A DNA stretch of 64,000 nt from Styela clava (taxonomy: Eukaryota), in NCBI RefSeq assembly GCF_964204865.1, contig NC_135254.1, positions 12,276,001-12,340,000 on the forward strand, in the 5' to 3' direction. Position numbers and translations under genes: made by a program. The notes beneath the pieces were generated by a model. The model made no database searches. It was not told the origin of the DNA and saw nothing but the letters and a program-made list of their open reading frames with translations. Of this stretch, positions 48,022 to 60,000 are shown in pieces. Numbering within the stretch: position 1 is the stretch's first letter; every line of letters begins with the position of its first letter.

Positions 48022-48123
48022 TAAAGTATTCGGCCCAAGATGACGCACATCCTGAACCCTAACTTGGTAAACATACAATGTTCAGGTTGTGCGCCATCTT
48101 GGTACGAATACTTCAGGAGCGCC
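48022..48123. mobile_element. Short degenerate relative of the 425-662 MITE (second copy 57382-57483)
   Basis: aagtattcggcccaagatgacgcacatcctgaac ... gttcaggttgtgcgccatcttggtacgaatacttcaggagcgcc. Confidence 0.6.
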
Positions 48124-48419
48124 TTTTTGTTAAAAACAATTATTTCATAACTACATGGTTTAGTTTTGCATACATGGCAACATTGAATCTCCTTACAATG
48201 TCAGAAATTTAATTTTAGTAGAATAAATGGTGGTTTATTTCACTAATACAAGCCAAGATCCATCGACAGCATCTAGCCCCCTACTATTGCGCTCTTCAAA
48301 CTACATTTGCGTTGCCGCGCGCATTTCGTTTTCCTAGTTTAAGCTTAGGGACTTGGGAAATATTTTATTAGTTGAATTGGATTGGAATATTTGACCTCGT
48401 CTTTCACTCCGAACAAGGC

Positions 48420-49010
48420 CATGTAAAACCATCCACTGGTATCTAAAGATGTGTAACGAGTTTTCTTTTGGAAGAACCGCAACCTTTCAGTGCTGCATTG
48501 ACTTTGGCAAAATTAATATATCCTTGTGGAGATAGAAGGTATGCGTATGCGAAACCGAGATGTGCACCTGTTATGCCAACACAGTTGAGTCAAAGTTTTG
48601 AATACTAGTACATCACACACATCTTCCTGCGTGCTTCGGTTGTACGTAGTAACGCGCACATTTTTGCGCACATGTATCAAATTCCACTTGATTATTGAGC
48701 TATAGGTTTTTGACGAGCTTTTGTGTATGATTTCATTCCATAGAATTTGTATGCTGTTCTAAAGAATACTAGTTTCAGCTTTTTCATTCATTCAAACCTC
48801 GTGTTAAAAGTAAGTTTTGTAATATTGGGTGTTGGTTTCCAATATTCTTAAATCGGTGATGCCAGTAAATCTTAAATACAAAAAGATCAGTAACATCTGC
48901 AATAAAAACAGCAGTACCCTCTCAAATGACAGTTGGGGGATGGATACTCTTAGTATCTGCTCCATCGCGTGCCTCTTACAGTCTTACCAGTTTACATGCG
49001 TGTCAATTGG
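48420..49010 (-). pseudogene. Possible heavily decayed intronless lipocalin relic (second copy ~57780-58370)
   Basis: Broken minus-strand pieces PIDTHVNW*..GTRW.QILRVSIP (SCR1-like) and LNCVGITGAHLGFAYAYLLSP (SCR3-like) at lipocalin-like spacing; many stops. Confidence 0.3.
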
Positions 49011-50709
49011 TATCTAACTCAGCCAGAGACAAAAAGTTTCGGACTGCAGTTGGCGTGACGAAATGTTTTTAAATATATATTCTACAATAAGATTATTTGA
49101 TTGTATACTACTGAAAGTTCCGCCTTATATGTCTTTTCCCATTGCACTATTCCTTTACTGATATTCGATAATATGAAGCTCACTGACATAGTTCTCAAAG
49201 TGTGTAGATGGGTATAATCTTTTCCACGCTGTTCAGGTGGGAATGCGCGAATATATATAAGAATTGCTAATATTGGTTTGCAATGCGATGAAATCCCATC
49301 TTGGCATTTCTGCCTCTCGCAATTGCTGCGTATACTTATCGGGGAAGTTCTGTGGCGTGGTTATCAAATGAAAAAAAAAAACATGGGAGTATTTTTTCTA
49401 CTTCTCTACTACTATCAAACCTTGATATTTTGTGAAAACTTTTTTCCATGCAACCTTTTTATAAAACATCCCCAACAACCACAATTAATTCTGTTATTAA
49501 ACTTCCGAAACAAACACATCATCAACAGATGCATATATCACCAAGTAGATATTGCTGAATTGATCTTTATTTTACCATTTTTCATGTAATTCTTTTTGGT
49601 AAACCTATTATCTATCGTAAATACAGCACATTTGACAATGTTGTAGTGTGCCACTGCTTTTTTTGGCCTCACATATTTGATATTTGTAGTTAGAGCTCTT
49701 GGGGCTCTGTCAAACAAAGTTACATACAAAATATTAGTTGTAAATTGCAAAACATGATCATGTTGTTGGAATAACTTGGCATTTTACCACCCGTATATCA
49801 TTCATTGTTGAGAATATTAATAAAATCATAAAATTTAAAAATCCGTTCTTGTGAAATTTTTGTTGTAGCTAAATTCCAGGGACAGCATGACAACAGGCAA
49901 GAGAAGCACGGTCGCCTCTTTTAGTTTATGACAGGGTTTCTTAAAAGGGGACCCCGTCCTCCTTGGAGGCCGCTGATCAGTTATCTGGGAGCACGAACAA
50001 ACAGATGGAAATGCGAATATACAATTACAATGTATTTTTATAGAAGAGAAGAAGCAAAAGTGTTGAGAGTCTTTGGTAGTTTGAAAAGCATTGGCATGGA
50101 ACATAAGAATGAACTACATTCTTTCCCAGGGATATACTATGAAATGTAGCAATTTTCTCATGCTTGCTCTCGTGATATCATTATCTTTCACTGTGTCGTC
50201 GTGATCATCCCGCTGCCTAACAATTCTCGCTAACAAATAATTGACTGTTCTCCACTGGGTGTATATCCACTTGAACCACTGGCATTAGCAGGCTTGTATT
50301 GTTAATTGCAACAAAAACGGGTATTTTGAAATAGTACTCTTTATTTTACGCGCATGTTTCGACAGTATTTCCATATACTTAATATGGGTCGCGACCCAAA
50401 CTGGGCTCAACAAATACCTAAAAGTGATTGATTTTATTTCCTAGTAAATTTGGTGCTTGCGTAGTTTGTGCACCAAGATTGCGCACAACCTAAACATAGT
50501 ATTGTAACAGATTATGCGTCATTATGATGCACAGGTTTGACGAAAAACACTAATACAAATATCGAGCCGTAAAAAAAATTGCTCAAGGCTGCAAACTCCA
50601 CACCCATGTAGAAATGATGGGCAATGACCCCAAGATGAATAATCACAAATAAAAAAAACTTTATGTCTGAAATCAAACTTGGGCCAAAAAGGTCCCCTTA
50701 TCTGCCGGA

Positions 50710-50995
50710 CTATTTCCTCTATAAATGTACTGTGATTTTTGCAGTCAATACAAAAGCAAAAATCTGTGCAATTTAAGATGATTTTGGCACACTTGCATAA
50801 ATTATTTTGATCATTTTTCTTACACTTGCAGTTTGCCAACTTAAGAACTGATTCGAGGGCCACATGCTTCTTCAGTGAGTCATTGTTGGGTGAGAGAGTA
50901 TAATCCTTATGTTTGCCAGTGTTAAATAGACGTGCCCTGGTATCATTTACATTCTTCATATCCTCTTCATACAGTTAGCAAACAAATTCCTCAGC
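50710..50995 (-). mobile_element. Academ-like DNA transposon C-terminal relic (second copy ~60070-60355)
   Basis: AEEFVC*LY...VNDTRARLF...LSPNNDSLKKHV then CKCKK..LCKCAKIILNCTDFCFCIDCKN, the Cys-rich tail that follows the XPG-like domain in Academ-type proteins; no termini found. Confidence 0.5.
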
Positions 50996-52543
50996 TTTAT
51001 TTTTTTTTTTATTTATTTATTTATTTATTTATTAATGCCTCGTTAACCTCAAAAGATCTCCATAGTTGAGAAAAAAAATGATTTGAAAACCTCAATGAAG
51101 TCTCCGACATGAGTTTGATTTGCAGTTCCAATTGCAGAAAAGTGCTAAAGTATTTCAATATGAATAGCTGTTTTCAACTATTATGACTACCTATGACAGT
51201 ATGAGTATGGACTATAGACTATATTTTAAAACATCAACTGTCTGTCTACAACTCGATTTCTCACTTCTCAATCGTTTCCAATGCTACTTTCCACTCCGGC
51301 AAACCTTATCATTGCTTCCCAGGTTCTTGTCGACTCTATGAATTTAGATTTAGACCAAACGACATTAGTAAAATTGATTATTTCCTTCTCTTTCACACAA
51401 CCGTGCATTACAGAAACAGCCATTAATTTCTATTTCCAAATATGCTGTGGCCTATATAGTAGTACAAGTCTGCTGAATAGTCAAGAAAAGTCATTAAATT
51501 AATCATAAACATTTCATGCAAGCCAGAAAATATTGTTGTTTGTGAAATATTATTCTAGGTCTAGCCTTCCTTGGAGTTACCGCACCGTACCTATTTAACA
51601 ACGTCTTATGGGCTAGTGCTCAACTAAAATTGCTTTTTATGGTAAGGATATACAAGTGTTTAATATCTTACTTATACTTTCAACACCTCCTTAGAATAAC
51701 TGAACTAATAATAATAACTGAAAAAAACTATGGGAAGGCTACCGTACTCGACGCAAAAGCGAGCAGTAGTACATCTGATATTCATCCGACCACGGGGATC
51801 CACCTACAGCTGACTAATTTAATTGTTACGTCATGCAAAAGTCTGCGTTCATTGGCCCATGATACCGGAAAAGCAGAGAAAATAGGACAGATGGTAACAC
51901 ATATTTATTGTAGTAAAAGCGTCTTTTCTGTAAAACGTGCAACTTTTGGAAGTGGGAACAAGGCAATATTTGTTACTAAATTTCTAAGGAACATTTTAAA
52001 AGCATTTTCAGGTAGCTACCTTATGTGCGCTACGAAACTGAAAGATAAAAGAGGTCGGCTCGCGGCCTAGTATATCCACTGTAAGCGGACATTGACGGTG
52101 AACATTGGAACAAAAAATATATATGTACGAGTCAAGCAATTCGCCGGAAAAAGCTCAGAAGATTTGATAAAACATGATGGCATTGTTTGAAAACCACAGA
52201 GTAAAAATATCTTTGATCAGAATTATAACGGTTCCTTAGCCAAACATATACGGACTTGATAAAAGCGGAGACAACAATGCAAACGCTGCGCATGTAATAA
52301 CCAAAAGCAATTTACAACAAGAACAGCATAAAAAGCTACATCCATTTTATAGAAGCTATCAAACGTATTTACTTTAAGCAATGAAGTCACAAATTAACAT
52401 CGTGAGCACGAAAACACAAATAAATCTGTTATTTCTCACTTAGAAATTTACCGGAAAAGTCAAGAAAATCAAATGAATGTACAATATGTACATAACATAG
52501 TGAACAGAAATATTACAATTAGTCTTTTTTTAGTTTATGTAGT

Positions 52544-55500
52544 TGAACAATGTATTATCTTTATTATCACAGGTTGTATTACAAAGTTAATAAAATAAAT
52601 GTTAGTATGCATTTAAGAAACTGTTAAGACAGAAAGAAACGTTACAGCAAATAACACAATGAAAGTATATGTCTACATCTCCCTCGTAGGGAATAAATCC
52701 TTGAAAGTGAAAAAGGATTTATGTAAATAGTTTAAAATGTTTTTTATGGATGAGTCTATTTCCTCCTTCTCCTCGCTCTGTTTCCAGTTTTATCCCATCG
52801 TTTCTTGTTGTTGCGATTAGTCATGAACATAACTGTGGTTCTGATGGGAAGTTCTGGTAGCTCTCTTGCACACTGGTTGTATCGCTCCAGCAAATGACCA
52901 TTTCGCTCTGCTAAAAGATGCTCTATTTGCAGTGCGGTTAGGAGCCACTTTTTGTGCAAGCGGCAGTGTCGAGGATGAGACGGGACGGCAGCAGGATTTG
53001 GGCTGGGCTGATATTTATATGTAGCAGCGGTGTTTTGCGATACTGTAGTATAGCTTGTGCCACTTTGTCATTATTGAGGGTGCCATCTAAAGATACGTTG
53101 TCCATGATAATGCGTTTGGCGGACTTTACACCCAATTCTGCTCTGCCATTAGACTGGGGGTATTCAGCAGAGCTCAAGCGATGTTGTATATTCCAGTCTG
53201 ACAGGAACTTACGAAATGTAGCGGATGTCATCTGAGGACCGCCATCAGAACTGAAGATTTCCGGGGTCCCATAATTGATAAAAAGGTCGCGACATTTTTT
53301 GATGAGGTTCTCTGATGTCGCTTGATTGGGGGGAAAATGAAATATTGATATCCAGCCGCTGAAGCGGTCAACGTAAGAGAAATATGAGTGCCCTCCAACA
53401 TGGAGGTAATCCCCTCATACCTGTTGGAAGGGATAGTCCGGTGATGGGCTCTATGATTTGTTGTGGTGCAATGTTATTGCATTTTTGACAGTTGTAGCGG
53501 GTGTTTCTTATAGCGGCGTTCATGCCGGGCCAGTAAAGTGCATTTTTTGCCCTCGCGTACATTCCGGATGTTCCTTGGTGGGCAGAATGTAGGTTTGCTA
53601 AAATCGGTTTGTAGTAAGTGGGTGGTACTACAATTCGATCTGTATCAAGCATGATGATGTTATTGATGACGGAGAGACGGTCTCGTACTTCCCAGTATTG
53701 TTTCAGATCTGAAGACAAAAGGCTCCGTGTTCGAGGAAACCCTGGTTGTATTTGGTGAATGGGCGACAGGTATATTTTGTCTGCTTTGCATGCGTGGATG
53801 AATTGCTTATGCGTAACCCAATCAGTTTGGTTAGAGTGCATCTGATTTGAGGCGGCTGTGTGGAATGCCGCTATTGTGTGATGTGTAGCATCGACCAGAT
53901 CCTCATCAACCGTCATGAGTACGTGTGAGGTGTCATCAGAGGTGAAAAAGTGGAATCGATTGTTTCATTGTCTGATTCAGTAGTGGATATTGGACAGCGA
54001 GATAGGGCATCCGGTCTCTTACGCCATTTGCCAGGGTTGTGTTGAATTGTGAACCGAAATGCGAATGTGTGCTCTTTCAGTCTTAGGAGTCTAGGATTAT
54101 TTATTTTATCCAGGCTTCTGTCTAAAAATATTGCAATAGGTGGTCGATGGTCAGTGGATACTATCAGGTGCGGGTATTCACGGGTGAAGAAACGCGAATG
54201 CTTGAGGCCCCAACCGATGGCAAAGGCTTCACCCTCTGAAGGAGGGTATCTGGATTCTGCCTCGTTTGTAAAGCGTGATCCAGCAAATACCAGTTTCCAT
54301 CCGTCTTTGCAGCAAGTTGGGTCTTTGGCAGTGGGACACGCACAGTGCTGTTGTAGTAAGAGGTACCCGACGCCATCTTTAGACCAGTCTGTTTGTAGCA
54401 TTGTGGTTTTATTTAAATCAAACGATTCAATGCCATCATGTACTTTGGAAAGAATGGTGGCTTTGGATTTTTCGAATAGTTCATGCAATGTGGTCCCAAT
54501 AAAATTCGGATTTGGGTTTGACTAGGTCGCGAGAGGGTGCCATGAGTGAGCTGATTGCATACGCCCAGGATACCGGATTGACAAGCTCAAACCAAGATCT
54601 TGCATCTTGAAGATTTTGTGGGACGGGAAAGTCCTTTATAGCATTAAGGATTTTACTAGATGGGCTTATTCCTGAGTTGGTAATGTGGAATCCTGCAAAT
54701 GCGACATTGTCCTTGCAAAATTGGAATTTGGCACTGTTGAGGACAATGCCATTCTTAGCACATAGAATTAAGTAGTCCCATACATAAACAAAAATGCAAG
54801 ATTCCACGTCATCGTCATATAAAAGCACATCATCTATACATTTGACTTTGCGTTGGATATCTTTGAGCTGTCGGTAGCGGTATCTACCCTAAGGGGTAAT
54901 AAATGTGGTAAGGGGACGACTGTCCTCGTCTAATTCAATAGAATGGTAACCATCAGTAGCATCTAAGATGGTTTTCTTGGTGTGTGGTGGAATTTGGCAT
55001 GCCAGCACAAAGGGTGGCTGGCAATGATGCGTTTCACGTTTGCATTGAGAATTTAGATATTGCAGATCTATCGTGCGTCGTGGAGTTCCATCTTTTTTGG
55101 GTACGACAATCATTCTACTACACCAATTCACAGCTTCTCCGATGGGTACCTTTTCCAGAACTCGACTTGCCACATCCGAATCAAGTTGAAATTTGATTTG
55201 TTCCATCCAGCATAACGGGACTGGTATGGGTGAATGGTGCGCTCTAGGTGTTGCATCCCATTTTAAATGAATATAGGCAGGTTTGGTTTTCATTGCGGGA
55301 AAGGCACCAGAGGTATTGAAAGTGTTTGAAGAAAAGGCATCCTTTAAATAGGTTTCTAGCTTTTCGCACAGATTGTTTTCTGATAGCGAAAAAGGCAAGC
55401 ATGCTGGACGTTCAGGAGGAGGGGTCCGTTGTGTATGCGATCCAAAGCAGCTGTGAACAGTGTCGTTCTGTTCCATCTCGTGTGATGATTTATCAGTCTT

Positions 55501-57070
55501 GGATGATGGTGGTTGAGTGGCATCCATTGGAAATGGGAATGATATTAAGTTTAATGCATGTGTCCCTGCTTAGATACACTCTTTTAATCTTAGGACAAAT
55601 GTAAAGGTTTGCCTGTGCACTGTGTTTACCAATAGAGAATGTGAGATTGGCGTAGGAGTGACAAGTTAACCTGAAATTTCCAGCTGTGTGTACAACTTTC
55701 TTACACCGTGTTGGATCGTATTGGCGTAGACCAAATATAGTTAAAGCTCCTGCCAGGCATATACTGGCTCCATTGTCTGGATATGTTGAAATGCTTTTGC
55801 TGAATTGGTGACCATTATTAGCTGTTATGGTGGCATTGACGAAGATCTCTGTTGTGGTTTTGCCTTGTTGTGAGTGATTGGCGGATACTATTAACGCCAT
55901 TGCAGAATCTTTCTGTCGACAAACTGTGGCGAAGTGATTCACTATGCCACATATTTCGCACGTATTGCCAAATGCTGGGCAGTAGAGCTTCCTCTGGTTG
56001 AATGAACTGTGTTCCTTGCTTCCACAGACACTGCATTTCAAAGACACAGGTTTGGTGGACTGCCCTTGATTGCGTCTGTATTTTGGGAATCTTATCCGGA
56101 CAACCATTGCAGTGTTCTCAGATTTCTGTAAAGCTGATTGATTCCTTAGTGCCGCCTCATGAGCCTTGGCATGCTTGACTGTGTCGTCAAATGTCTTAAG
56201 GGTGGCAGATTTGTCTAGGATATCAGCCTGTAGGATGTCGCCTGAGAGTGCCCTGATAAAGTGATCCCTTGCAGCTTCTTGTGGGAAGTCGTATTTGCAT
56301 TTTGTACAGCTGTATTCGGAGTCTGTAACAGCCTCAAGAATCCTTGTGACCAGATCCTGTATTGATTCTCCATCTTGTTGCATAATTGCATGTAGCTTCA
56401 TGCGGCATACAGATGGGTTAGATTGTTGGGTTACCAGTTCTTTAAGATTGTTGATGATGGTCTGTTCACTGAGTTTTTTAAATTTATCACCGCCAATGTT
56501 GTGGACGATGATGTTCTGAACAGTTTCATCGCAACAGTTATATAATTGGCAATGCATTTGTTCTGTAGACATTTGCGTAGATTTTTTGTACATTTTCCAA
56601 TCAAATTCAAAACGTCTGAATTGAGGATGAGTCATCATGACTGAAAGCTTAGGTGGTTTCACGGTGTGGCTTTTGATTTTGGGGGTTGATTCTGGGGGGA
56701 CATGATCATGTGCATCATCAAGATGTTGCTGTATGTATTTCCTTGTTTGGCGGGTCATTTTGATGATGTGACCAAGAGCTATCCCCAGATCTTTAAGAAC
56801 ATCTTTAGATAGTTCAGATAAGCAGCTATCATCTAGTCCATTTGCAGTGAAGAGTTCACAGTATATGATAGCTTGATCTTCCGGAATACCAGCTTCCACA
56901 AGAAACTCTCCCCATTCTTCTTTTGCTTGCAGCGCCATGAACAAAGTATTATCTTTATTATTACAGGTTGTATTACAATGTTATTAAAATAAATGTTAGT
57001 ATGCCTTTAAAAAACTGTTAAAACGGAAAGAAACAATTTGCAAATAACACAATGAAAGTATATGTCTACG
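52544..57070 (-). mobile_element. Ty3/Gypsy (Mag-like) LTR retrotransposon, copy 2
   Basis: LTRs 52544-52677 and 56938-57070; same flanks as copy 1; extra 10-bp frameshift at 53950. Confidence 0.95.
55493..56938 (-). CDS. Retrotransposon gag-protease ORF with N-terminal SAM-like domain (copy 2)
   Basis: Identical translation to 46133-47578. Confidence 0.8.
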   Translation of the reverse strand: MALQAKEEWGEFLVEAGIPEDQAIIYCELFTANGLDDSCLSELSKDVLKDLGIALGHIIKMTRQTRKYIQQHLDDAHDHVPPESTPKIKSHTVKPPKLSVMMTHPQFRRFEFDWKMYKKSTQMSTEQMHCQLYNCCDETVQNIIVHNIGGDKFKKLSEQTIINNLKELVTQQSNPSVCRMKLHAIMQQDGESIQDLVTRILEAVTDSEYSCTKCKYDFPQEAARDHFIRALSGDILQADILDKSATLKTFDDTVKHAKAHEAALRNQSALQKSENTAMVVRIRFPKYRRNQGQSTKPVSLKCSVCGSKEHSSFNQRKLYCPAFGNTCEICGIVNHFATVCRQKDSAMALIVSANHSQQGKTTTEIFVNATITANNGHQFSKSISTYPDNGASICLAGALTIFGLRQYDPTRCKKVVHTAGNFRLTCHSYANLTFSIGKHSAQANLYICPKIKRVYLSRDTCIKLNIIPISNGCHSTTIIQD

Positions 57071-60000
57071 GTGGTTATGTATTTGAACAAAGGCAATATT
57101 ATTTCTAGAAACAGGACTACGACACTAACAAATGTCCAAAAAAAAATAATAATAAATGATGCTTATTAAATCAACTGCAATATCTAATTCACTTTCTTCT
57201 GAATTGTTTTCGAAATCCACTAACTCGAAAATTGACTTTTTAGTCCGGCAGAATCGGGCCTTAACATTGTTTTGGGACATAAAGTTTTTTTTATTGTTTA
57301 GATATAATGTATATGACATATATAATGATACCCAGGTGGATGTGGAGTATATAATGTTGAGCAATTTTTTTTAAGTGGATTTAAAGTATTCGGCCCAAGA
57401 TGACGCACATCCTGAACCCTAACTTGGTAAACATACAATGTTCAGGTTGTGCGCCATCTTGGTACGAATACTTCAGGAGCGCCTTTTTGTTAAAAACAAT
57501 TATTTCATAACTACATGGTTTAGTTTTGCATACATGGCAACATTGAATCTCCTTACAATGTCAGAAATTTAATTTTAGTAGAATAAATGGTGGTTTATTT
57601 CACTAATACAAGCCAAGATCCATCGACAGCATCTAGCCCCCTACTATTGCGCTCTTCAAACTACATTTGCGTTGCCGCGCGCATTTCGTTTTCCTAGTTT
57701 AAGCTTAGGGACTTGGGAAATATTTTATTAGTTGAATTGGATTGGAATATTTGACCTCGTCTTTCACTCCGAACAAGGCCATGTAAAACCATCCACTGGT
57801 ATCTAAAGATGTGTAACGAGTTTTCTTTTGGAAGAACCGCAACCTTTCAGTGCTGCATTGACTTTGGCAAAATTAATATATCCTTGTGGAGATAGAAGGT
57901 ATGCGTATGCGAAACCGAGATGTGCACCTGTTATGCCAACACAGTTGAGTCAAAGTTTTGAATACTAGTACATCACACACATCTTCCTGCGTGCTTCGGT
58001 TGTACGTAGTAACGCGCACATTTTTGCGCACATGTATCAAATTCCACTTGATTATTGAGCTATAGGTTTTTGACGAGCTTTTGTGTATGATTTCATTCCA
58101 TAGAATTTGTATGCTGTTCTAAAGAATACTAGTTTCAGCTTTTTCATTCATTCAAACCTCGTGTTAAAAGTAAGTTTTGTAATATTGGGTGTTGGTTTCC
58201 AATATTCTTAAATCGGTGATGCCAGTAAATCTTAAATACAAAAAGATCAGTAACATCTGCAATAAAAACAGCAGTACCCTCTCAAATGACAGTTGGGGGA
58301 TGGATACTCTTAGTATCTGCTCCATCGCGTGCCTCTTACAGTCTTACCAGTTTACATGCGTGTCAATTGGTATCTAACTCAGCCAGAGACAAAAAGTTTC
58401 GGACTGCAGTTGGCGTGACGAAATGTTTTTAAATATATATTCTACAATAAGATTATTTGATTGTATACTACTGAAAGTTCCGCCTTATATGTCTTTTCCC
58501 ATTGCACTATTCCTTTACTGATATTCGATAATATGAAGCTCACTGACATAGTTCTCAAAGTGTGTAGATGGGTATAATCTTTTCCACGCTGTTCAGGTGG
58601 GAATGCGCGAATATATATAAGAATTGCTAATATTGGTTTGCAATGCGATGAAATCCCATCTTGGCATTTCTGCCTCTCGCAATTGCTGCGTATACTTATC
58701 GGGGAAGTTCTGTGGCGTGGTTATCAAATGAAAAAAAAAAACATGGGAGTATTTTTTCTACTTCTCTACTACTATCAAACCTTGATATTTTGTGAAAACT
58801 TTTTTCCATGCAACCTTTTTATAAAACATCCCCAACAACCACAATTAATTCTGTTATTAAACTTCCGAAACAAACACATCATCAACAGATGCATATATCA
58901 CCAAGTAGATATTGCTGAATTGATCTTTATTTTACCATTTTTCATGTAATTCTTTTTGGTAAACCTATTATCTATCGTAAATACAGCACATTTGACAATG
59001 TTGTAGTGTGCCACTGCTTTTTTTGGCCTCACATATTTGATATTTGTAGTTAGAGCTCTTGGGGCTCTGTCAAACAAAGTTACATACAAAATATTAGTTG
59101 TAAATTGCAAAACATGATCATGTTGTTGGAATAACTTGGCATTTTACCACCCGTATATCATTCATTGTTGAGAATATTAATAAAATCATAAAATTTAAAA
59201 ATCCGTTCTTGTGAAATTTTTGTTGTAGCTAAATTCCAGGGACAGCATGACAACAGGCAAGAGAAGCACGGTCGCCTCTTTTAGTTTATGACAGGGTTTC
59301 TTAAAAGGGGACCCCGTCCTCCTTGGAGGCCGCTGATCAGTTATCTGGGAGCACGAACAAACAGATGGAAATGCGAATATACAATTACAATGTATTTTTA
59401 TAGAAGAGAAGAAGCAAAAGTGTTGAGAGTCTTTGGTAGTTTGAAAAGCATTGGCATGGAACATAAGAATGAACTACATTCTTTCCCAGGGATATACTAT
59501 GAAATGTAGCAATTTTCTCATGCTTGCTCTCGTGATATCATTATCTTTCACTGTGTCGTCGTGATCATCCCGCTGCCTAACAATTCTCGCTAACAAATAA
59601 TTGACTGTTCTCCACTGGGTGTATATCCACTTGAACCACTGGCATTAGCAGGCTTGTATTGTTAATTGCAACAAAAACGGGTATTTTGAAATAGTACTCT
59701 TTATTTTACGCGCATGTTTCGACAGTATTTCCATATACTTAATATGGGTCGCGACCCAAACTGGGCTCAACAAATACCTAAAAGTGATTGATTTTATTTC
59801 CTAGTAAATTTGGTGCTTGCGTAGTTTGTGCACCAAGATTGCGCACAACCTAAACATAGTATTGTAACAGATTATGCGTCATTATGATGCACAGGTTTGA
59901 CGAAAAACACTAATACAAATATCGAGCCGTAAAAAAAATTGCTCAAGGCTGCAAACTCCACACCCATGTAGAAATGATGGGCAATGACCCCAAGATGAAT

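Larger units (their letters stand above)
42922..52291 (+). repeat. 9.37-kb tandem duplication, copy 1
   Basis: Identical ORF sets at offset 9370, then 9360; starts atgtaataaccaaaagc, ends aaacgctgcgc. Confidence 0.97.

Noticed and set aside
51630-52070. 146-aa ORF, and a possible Helitron 3' end (hairpin plus CTAGT at ~52050-52071)
   Set aside because: No recognisable domain or splice structure; the hairpin abuts CTAG without the usual spacer and no 5' end was found
42922-52291. The 9.37-kb unit as a single mobile element (Helitron, Polinton or giant LTR)
   Set aside because: No TIRs, no TC...CTRR ends, no TSD and no replication genes; content is a mosaic of unrelated relics
52544-57070. 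Second independent retrotransposon insertion
   Set aside because: Flanks, near-TSD and inactivating mutations are the same as in copy 1
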